Translations under genes and position numbers: made by a program
Notes under the pieces: generated by a model
The model's database searches: none
Told to the model about the DNA's origin: nothing
Seen by the model: only the letters and a program-made list of their open reading frames with translations
Assembly (NCBI GenBank): GCA_000182565.2
Contig: KQ257460.1
Strand: one strand, 5' to 3'
Origin: Spizellomyces punctatus DAOM BR117
Taxonomy: Eukaryota
DNA: 64,000 nt
Shown: positions 54,741-64,000 of the stretch, piece after piece
Layout of the letters: each line of letters starts with the position of its first letter
How positions within the stretch are numbered: position 1 is the first letter of the stretch

Positions 54741-55003
54741 TTGGAGCGAGGATCTTGAGAGGGATCTGGGGAAAGTGCAAGCGATAGTTGCATTTGTCGG
54801 TGTGTCAGGCTTGGTTACGTGGCTTGTCAGCGCTGCGCCTCTTTGTAACGGATTCATCACGCAGCGAGAAGGGGCCAAGGAACGATTTCCTTCCTCTCGC
54901 AAATCCGCCCAGGTATGTACCCAATAAAATAGCATCCGCTTCTTTAAGAGTGCTTGCAATAGGAAATACTGGCATATTCCCCAAGAACACAAACAAATGT
55001 TAA

Positions 55004-55657
<654 letters not shown>

Positions 55658-55958
55658 ATATATTGAGGTTCACCATTCCAATTGCTGCGTCATTATTTTT
55701 TCCCCGTGCTCATGAGCACAGCATTGTAATATCATTCTTGGCTCACCGCGACTCTTAATCTTCCGCTATTAATCGTGTGGTCAAAGTTTGTTTCTTCAAC
55801 CAAACTGTCCAGTCGAGCAATGTAGCAAGCTAAACCTAATTCAATCACTATCAAGGGCTGATGACTGGCAACTAGCAGTTGATCTACACAGAGCGAAAGA
55901 TCAAGTTGCGACGAACCCATTGTACAAATGGGAACATACCGTCTAATCGCTGTGTAAT

Positions 55959-56679
55959 CTAAGCTATAAACTTTTCTAGCGCTGCTGGATCTGCGGCTTC
56001 GCTTTCCACCAGTTGCTTAATAGGTCCTGACTGAAAAACCGAACCGATGCAAACTAATTAAAATTGCGAGCATAACAGGAAAGAGGGGAAGCTGCACTCA
56101 CCTTTCCCCACTCTATGAGCGTTGGAATAGCTCGGAGTTGAATTAAGGGATGTTTACGATAGGGATTTTCCGGGTTATTTTTCCATCTAAGTTTGCGTAA
56201 TGTTCATTTGAGGATTATTGCGGAAAGCAGTCAAGGACATCAGAAGCCATACACTGATCGCTCCCCCACTGGCACCTGTTCAATAAGAGGATTTAAATTA
56301 ACACCAAAGTGCAAACGCCGAGGTTCACAAGCATACCTCCAACAAAGTTGAGTCGGGAACTTTTCCTACCCACTTGCGGATAAGTGGATCAGCTATAGAT
56401 TTGTACCATAAGTATCGCACCGTTTACATATGAGTTATCTGCACATACCGATAACACAGTCCGGACACCATGATTCCCCGGTGCCCACGTCTTCCGTGCC
56501 TGCATATCGTCAAGAAAAGTGTGGGCGCTTGTGGCGGAATCCACTTTGACGGGCCTCAGCTGAATTCTATTCTAGAACATACCGAAAAGAAGCACAAAAA
56601 CACGACCTGGTGCCGATTGCACCGTAGAAGCGACAGTTGCGTCAAAGTCTTTGGGATCCTGAACACGGATGGCCTTCAT
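55959..56679 (-). CDS. TXNDC17: Thioredoxin-related protein TRP14/TXNDC17, 6 exons; not in ORF track
   Basis: Manual splicing gives MKAIRVQDPKDFD...VFVLLFGTEDVGTGESWCPDCVIADPLI...VPVGERSVWKNNPENPYRKHP...AIPTLIEWG...LVESEA. Confidence 0.9.
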
Positions 56680-56911
56680 CCTGAAATCTGGCGGGGAAAG
56701 CAGAGCCCCATCACATTGCCCAATTTCCATGTCCAGAAACGCGTGCTTAGTACCAACGCGCTTGGAACCACTTAAAGGACATTCGCCTGCAATGCCTACC
56801 CAGTTTTCCTTCAGCCAAGAGCGGCCCCGAGATCACTGATCATTTACCGACTTACCAATGATTTTTATCTACTACCTATTGCTCGCTATTAGTATTACTA
56901 TTAGTCTCGAC

Positions 56912-58720
56912 ATGTCCGTTTCACCAGAACCACCCACGTTCACGATCCCGTTGGACCGTCTCAGTCACCTGGACGCGTCGTTTGACGAATTTGACCAGCT
57001 CGCGCAAGGTATGATGTGCGAGAATCGGCAGTATCTTCAGCAGTGGATTCTTATGTGTGTTTGGTCTGGTAGAGCAAGAAGCTAGCGGTTTGATTGATTT
57101 TGGCCAGTTTCAGTCAACGAGTAGGTACCGAACAAACGTTTTTCCTACGTGCTGCGCATAGCTGATCTTGGTGATCCCAAAAAGATATTCTAGATTTTTT
57201 GGACAACTCTGATGATGAAGACTCTGACAGTAGCCCAGAGCAATCTGAAGTGCTATTCGTGAATGGCCAGGCAGTTTCGCCTGGTGCTTTTTTTGCAAGT
57301 CGATCTGCGACTTTGGGTTCTCTTGAAGAGAAGCTACCCGCGCAATTCCGAGTACGTATGGTGACGATCATTTTGTCAAACTGTCTCTTCTTTGACTGAT
57401 TATCTTTATTGCCGTCTCTAGCCGCACTGGACTACCCCGCGCATAGATGAACAAGGCCGCTATATTGATTTACTCCCCAATACCCCCGAGACGCCTCAGG
57501 GGGAAAAACCACCCGAAGAAGACAATACTCTGGCTCGTATTTTAAATTCTGATGAGACTGCACAAGTGAAGTGGTACCGGCCACCATCCCCCTCGGATGA
57601 GCGATTCGCCAATGCTCCGGCCCTCGCACCAGCGGCGGAGAGGCTGACACAATATTTCAAAAGACAAGATGCACTGGAAGCTGCCAAGACTCCTCAATGG
57701 ACGGCCGCCGACTTTCCTGTCAATGTTGTGCCAACCCCCGTAAGGCGCCTAGCCGCTGAACTCCGTAATGCTATTCCCAATTCGCCGCCACGCCCAATTA
57801 CACAAATTACACAACCACGGCCTCAGCACTACGAAGTTATCCTTCCACGCAAACAACGATATGGCGTCAGTAGTTTTAACGGAGCAGAATCCTCTCGTTT
57901 CATCTCCATTCAATTTCCTTCAGTATCTTATTCCACTCGATCGCACGTTCGCATTGCCCTCGACCTTAACAATATCAGCAACATTCCGGCGAACTGGTCT
58001 ATCACCTCTATCGGGCCGGTGTATATGGCACCCGTCGTTCGACAGGGTAAGCCATTACGTAACAATGAAAAGGACCATCCAGTCAAGAGTAAGGTATTCG
58101 AACCCGGGACAGCATCCGGATGCGTGATGCCTCACACGACACAAAGTGTATCAATCTCCTTCCGACCGCCATCGGCTGGTCGGTACAGACAGACATGGCA
58201 CATTCGTGCAAACTCGCAGGTGGTCGTCCTGTCTTTGGAAGCGTTGGCTGATTCCAAGCCAACAAAAAAGGTGGAAGGGCGCCGAGAACTTGGCTTGGCT
58301 GAATACATGCGACAGAAGAAGGTGGACATTATGGAAGAACTTGGCGTGGCAGAGTCCAAGCCTGTAAAGATCGTGGAAGGCAAGCGGGAGATATCAAGAA
58401 AAGTGGTCTCTGTACGTGAGGGTGTGTCTGTAGACGCACGTCCTCGCATCAAGCGGGAACCTGTTGCATCAGTACGACCAAGGCCCGTTCCTTCAAAACA
58501 AGTAACGACATCACGGAGTATTGTCCCTGTGAGGCCGGTTCCATCAGGAGAAGCACGTGTCCGCACCAAGCGGGAACCTATCGCACCAGTAAGGACAATG
58601 CCTGTTCCACCAAAACAGCAAGTGACGACAGGGAAAACCACAACGATAAAGACTCGCACCACGTCGCGACAACCCGTTGCGGTACCCCAAAAATCTGAAC
58701 GTCCGCGTTGGCGTTTCTAA
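56912..58720 (+). CDS. Protein with one CEP192/Spd-2-like PapD/ASH Ig domain and a basic repetitive tail
   Basis: WSITSIGPVYM...F...SGCVMPHTTQSVSISFRPPSAGRYRQTWHI; three short upstream exons with GT-AG introns. Confidence 0.65.
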
Positions 58721-58884
58721 GCCATTTATATTTTAACCGCCTGCAAATTATGTATTTTGGCGTATATACCTTTGTGAAATTATTTGATTTGGACTCGGTT
58801 TGTAAATAAACAATACCCTTGTATTATTAAAAAAAAGAAAGAGCCAATAAAAACAAAATGTAAAATGATACTTGGCAAGGTTTC

Positions 58885-61315
58885 TTAGCGAGTCCATTGC
58901 CGACCATCTGTGCCTTTCCTTCCGCCTTGCCCACCGAATGAATTTCCTTTTGTAAAGTGCTCCTTTCTAGCTAGGCTTTTTTGGTTCTGATACCCAGCAC
59001 CACCGCCTGCACCTCCACTTCTTCTCTGCTTTCTATCTGTTTTCCCACTTGCACCAATCACAAGGTTTACGGAGGGGGGAACAGTGAATCCATATGCGCG
59101 TGCAACTTTTTGGAGATCCAATGCATTGACATCAAAAATCTTTTTCAGCGAGTGGGAAGCATAGGCCTGCAAATATGACCGGTACCCATCCTTGGCCGAG
59201 CGGTTAAGGTAATAGTTCTTTTCAACGAGTCGTTCGAGTTGGGATTGAACGTTGGCGATTTTGGCGGTAGGGAATTGGTACTCGTTTAATGGGATTTTGG
59301 CGTGTTTGAGGAAGCGTAGGAATCCGAGTTCGGAGGGTAAGAGAAAGAGGAGGGCACGACCGCGGCCGCCTGCACGAGCTGTTCGTCCTACTCGATGAAT
59401 ATATTCCTATAACCATATCGTCAGTGACATTCATATTGAATTGCAAAAAAAAAAAATGGAGGAAAACATACCCTAGGATCATCTGGGGGATCAAATTGAA
59501 TGATCCAATCTACAGCGGGGATATCTAATCCACGGGCCGCAACATCCGTACACAACAAAATTCCACTCTCAGCATTCACAAATTCAAAAAAGGTGTTGGT
59601 TCGCTTTTGTTGTTTTTGCCGTCCGTGAAGGTCCAAGACGGGTATATCAATGTAGTTTAACAGTTCCGCGTGGTATTTCACTGAATTGCAAGACGAAAAA
59701 AAGACAATGATTTTCTTTTTTAGGTTTTTTTTGAGGAAGGTGAAGAGGAGGAGGAATCGGGTTTCGCTTGGACAGACGACATAGCCTTGTTCAAGGCCTT
59801 CGGCTGTTGCAGCGTCTTTGTGTTCGTCAACGTTGATGTAGAGGGGGGCCTTTTTCAAGGAAACGCGGGCCAGGTCTTCGACTTTGGTTGTTTGGGTTGC
59901 TGAAAAGAGCATTGTCTGGCGTTCTATCATAAGATTAAAAAACATTAGCTTGAGTTTGAATCACCCATTGTTCCACAGGGATATCCATCAGGTTCTTTTT
60001 CCATGGTAGTATATCGGTGTCATACCTATAACGCTGGTGCTACGGAAAAAAACAAGCCAGCGCCTCAAACGGACATCTTTTTTATCTGGCAACCGTTCCA
60101 AAATATAGGAAGGGATGCGCACGTTTCACACACACAAGAGTTCATGAACCGTGCGCATCGATTGCGAGTAGTCTACCGCCTAATGGACATCCGCTCAAAT
60201 ATGCAAGTAATAATTACCTTTGGGAAGCAATTTGATAATCTGATGCATTTCTTCCTCGAACCCGACTTCCAAGATCCGATCAGCCTCATCGATAATGAGC
60301 ATTTTTAGGTTCTTGAACACAAATCCCCTCGTGTTTTGTAGGTGATCCAATAAACGACCAGGAGTCGCGATGAGAAGATTGACACCTTTTCCAAGCTTGT
60401 CTGCCTCGGCTTTGCGATTGGCGCCTCCCATGACGATACCGAACGTTTGGTGATGGTATTTCATGAGCTCTTTTGCTACTCCAAAGATTTGGAGGGCGAG
60501 TTCACGTGTTGGAGAAATGACGAGAATACCCGTTCCTGTAGAAAAGATGGTCAGCAACGGTCTTGAAGCGGAATGTGGAAAGAAAAAAATGGACATACCA
60601 TTGCGTGGCTTGAATTTCATCTTGACCAGGTACTCTACAGCAGGGATCAAGAACGCCAGCGTCTTGCCAGATCCTGTTTTGGCAGCTCCCAAAATGTCCC
60701 GTCCAGTCATGGCGGCGGGAATACTTCGGGCTTGGACTTCGGTCATGGTTGTGAAGCCCAGGTCGGCAATGGCCTTTGCAGTGTTTTCAGAGACACTCAA
60801 GGAAGAAAAGGCAGTGTCGACCGATTCAGAATCTGTTACTGCAGATCCTTTTGAAAACGAAAAAGTTAATATTACAACGACAACGATTGAACATGCTAGT
60901 ATTCACATGGCTGCAACGTACTGTCCAATTCAATATCTTTGCCTTCGTGATGTGCCACAATATTGCCATTGCTCGTCACATTATCTTCTTCCTCCGATCG
61001 TGGTCGCTTGGTACCAGCTTTGACAGGTTCGTCTTCCTCTTCACCCTCATCCTCGTCGTCGTCCTCACTGCTTTCATTTAACTCAGCGCCATCTTCATCC
61101 AAATCTTCCTTCTCGTCATCTGATGCACCATCCATTTCTGGAGAGTCGCTATCCACATCCTCCTCATCCAGCGCGTCAATAGTCTTGGGTGAAGAAATGT
61201 CGGCAGTGGGCGCAACTTGCAAGTCCTCCTCTTCGTCAGTGACAGGAGGACTCACTTTAGTCTTTTTGGCCGGCGGTTGACCAGCTTGTGGTTTGTTTAT
61301 GCGTTTCTTGGCCAT
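58885..61315 (-). CDS. HAS1: DEAD-box helicase Has1/DDX18
   Basis: [65 protein letters not shown]. Confidence 0.97.
59966..60185 (-). ncRNA. Candidate intronic H/ACA snoRNA or other structured RNA in the 294-nt HAS1 intron (59924-60217)
   Basis: Two hairpin domains, hinge AGATAA (60087-60082), 3' ACA-atg (59971-59966); G-U pairs favour the sense strand. Confidence 0.55.
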
Positions 61316-61929
61316 TTTTTGGTGTTAAAGACAGACCAATGACAATCGAGGTTGGTAAGAAGGCCAGAATAAAAAAGGACAAGCGACTTTGTGTGAATGA
61401 GGCCAAAAAGAAAAAAATGATTACGTTGTGATCGAGTACTAAGCTTTGCTAAGCCAGTGACTGGTTTTGGGCGACAGACGGTTTTTGAAGGTTTGCGAGA
61501 CGTTGTTGATGGACGTTACGACGAGGATTGTTCTTGTTACGACAAGGATTTCTTTCAGCAAAGTTCGTCCTCGTCGTCCTCCTCTTCGCCTCTCCCCCTT
61601 TTTTTGTAGGAAGAGGATATACGCTAGTTTGCTTGGTTCAGTTCTCAATCTGGTCTTGTTCAATAAATAATAAACCTCAAGGGGACTTTGAGGCCTTTAA
61701 TCATCCAAGCATACTCTACCATTTACATCCAGTAATATGAGCTCAGCGACAGCGCCAATGTCATTCTGCCATTTATCAGTGCAAAAAGTGGGCATTTTCA
61801 ACAAACAAACTACCACATCTTCACTAAGCCACCCACATTCAAATGCACGTCCGAACGCTCTGACAACTTCGGAGTTACCAATGCCACAACCCAAGCGTCC
61901 AGTGGTCCTTCAAGATCTAGCGGTTCGAC

Positions 61930-64000
61930 ATGCATGCCATACCCACTGCAGATACCCAAGAACCACTGACGGGAGACCTCGCTTCCCTCCGTCTCATACT
62001 AGGGGACACTCTCCCTCACATATCATTACAAATCCTTCTTGCAGAAGCGAAAGGGAATGTGGGGCAAGCCGTCAACCTCTACTTTGAAAGCCCAACCAAA
62101 TACGATACCATGGCAGCTGGGGTGAAGCGAAAAGCAGAGTTGGAAACAGGGGAGACTGGGAATGGACTCGCCAAGCGTCGAAATAATGGTACGGTAGGGT
62201 TTCCTCGATTTCTTGGGGAAACTATTTTGGTTGCGTATTCGACCCTCAAGGGGCCCAACCACCTACGTGACGGTGACGAGATGGATCTCTTGAATGGTAC
62301 CAAGACGATTAGTGTTCCCAAACGCTCTGGGTTGGGAGCTAGGGGCCGGGGACGTGCAAAGAGGGCTTTTACAATCTCTAGCAAGAGTGACGTCCATGTT
62401 GGGAGTGTGGGTCCTATTACAAGGTTAAGTGTCCGAGGAAAAGAGTTTGGAAAGATGCGGATGGAGGATGCGCGGTGGTTGGGGAGGTTGGTGGAACTGG
62501 GGATTGTACAGGTGCAAGGAACAGTGAGTTTTTTTCTGTTATTTATCCACATGATTTTTCTTTTTTATAATGAAATCTCATACCCCAACTTTTTTCAGAT
62601 CGTCTCATCCCCTCCAACGCTAACCCTCATGTGCGACATTATTCTCCAAATCCGAATCTATCTGACCCAGACAGCCTTTTCCCAAACACAACCCACAAAC
62701 GATCAAGATGTCAAAGACCGTAAAGCCGCCTTGTTAGCCCTCTTTAAACACCTGGGCCTTCGTCCATCATCATCTGATAAACCCGTTGACGAGACCACCG
62801 AAGGCGAGGAAGATGAGAAAGACTTGGAGGAGGATCAGGTGGAGGTGCTTTATGAGAAGGCGAGGGGATTTGAGAATGTCGAGGAAGTGGAGCCTGGACC
62901 TGGGTTGAATATCGAATTACGGGGATACCAGAAGCAGGTTTGTAGACGGTTTTCTTGCCTTTATTGGTTCACGGGTGCTGAAGATATATGTGTAGGCGCT
63001 GTCTTGGATGATGGCCAAAGAAAATCTGACAACAGATGCTTCTGCGCATTCTATCCACCCGCTTTGGGAGGAATATACGTTTCCAAAAGTGGAAACAGGT
63101 ATAGACGGCGAGGAAAAGTTTTACTTTAACCCTTATACAGTGAGTGTTCTTGAGTGGTGGTCAATTCGGTGGGGTACGGTGGAGGTTGATGTATGGTGCA
63201 TTATAGGGAGAGTTGACTACAGAGTTTCCGAGCGCGGCGGATCGAACGCGGGGTGGGATTTTAGCAGACGAGAGTAAGAAGGATGAATCGTATTCAGTTT
63301 ATAAGAGTATCTCTGCTCACATCTTGTCTTCTCAGTGGGACTAGGCAAAACTCTCGAAACACTCTCCCTCATCCACACGAACCGGCCCAACTCACGAGAC
63401 TTGAACCTCGGACCCAGCCTGCACAAACTCTTTTCATCACCAGCCAGTACTACCCTCCCCAAATCTCCAAGCACACTCATCATCTGCCCCGTCTCCCTCC
63501 TCGCTCAATGGCGTGACGAAATCACAAACAAGTTTGCGCCAAGGGCCTTGACATGTGCAGTTTACTACGGTACGGATCGATTCCTTACAGTATCGGATCT
63601 CACGGACGCCAAGCGGGCGCCTGATGTGATTATCACGACATATGGTGTCGTCACGCGGGAATGGGGGGCAGGGAAAAAGAGTGGGTTGGTGTATGGGGTA
63701 GAGTGGTATCGAGTAGTGCTGGACGAGGCGCATTTTATAAAGAATCGGACGACGGGGATGGCGAGGAGTTGTTCTGAGGTTGAAGGGCGGAGGAGGTGGG
63801 CTGTTACGGTGAGTATTTTTTTTACAATGGGTTTAATATTCGTGAACTAATGTGTATAAATTCAGGGCACACCCATCCAAAACAAACTTGAGGACCTCTT
63901 TTCTCTCATCCACTTTCTTCGCATCGACCCATGGGCCAACATTTCGTATTGGCGTCAGTTCATTACCATCGCATTTGCAAACCAGGATTCCAAAGCCCTT
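61930..64000 (+). CDS. RAD5: Rad5/HLTF-family SNF2 helicase, 5' part (runs off window)
   Basis: N-terminal CUE-like and HIRAN-like segments, [63 protein letters not shown]. Confidence 0.92.

Noticed and set aside
59966-60185. HAS1 intron RNA as U3 or snR30/U17
   Set aside because: No U3 boxes A/B/C/D and no properly placed m1 (AUAUUCCUA) or m2 (AAACCAU) motifs

Overview
Gene-dense, intron-rich eukaryotic DNA with short (mostly 50-80 nt) GT-AG introns. The gene content is fungal but includes cilium/centriole-type genes (EF-hand/WD40 WDR49-like, TTC6-like, a CEP192-like domain), which points to a zoosporic fungus (chytrid); this is inference. About 24 protein genes were read by hand, including two fragmented genes the ORF track misses (a Dabb protein and TXNDC17). 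There is one 100-N gap. The best signals are in introns: (i) a U12-type minor intron in the PP2A B55 gene; (ii) a box C/D snoRNA with an 18-nt 18S rRNA guide in a PRP43 intron; (iii) a second PRP43 intron whose productive acceptor sits in a 14-bp helix, with an upstream AG that would lead to a premature stop; (iv) a structured H/ACA-like RNA in a HAS1 intron. Notable proteins include a Brf2/PTF2-like TFIIB factor, an apparently catalytically dead WRN/EXD2-type exonuclease, a four-repeat Cys/His zinc-finger protein and a stand-alone CEP192-like domain. All family assignments come from recalled motifs, not database searches, and gene spans include introns.
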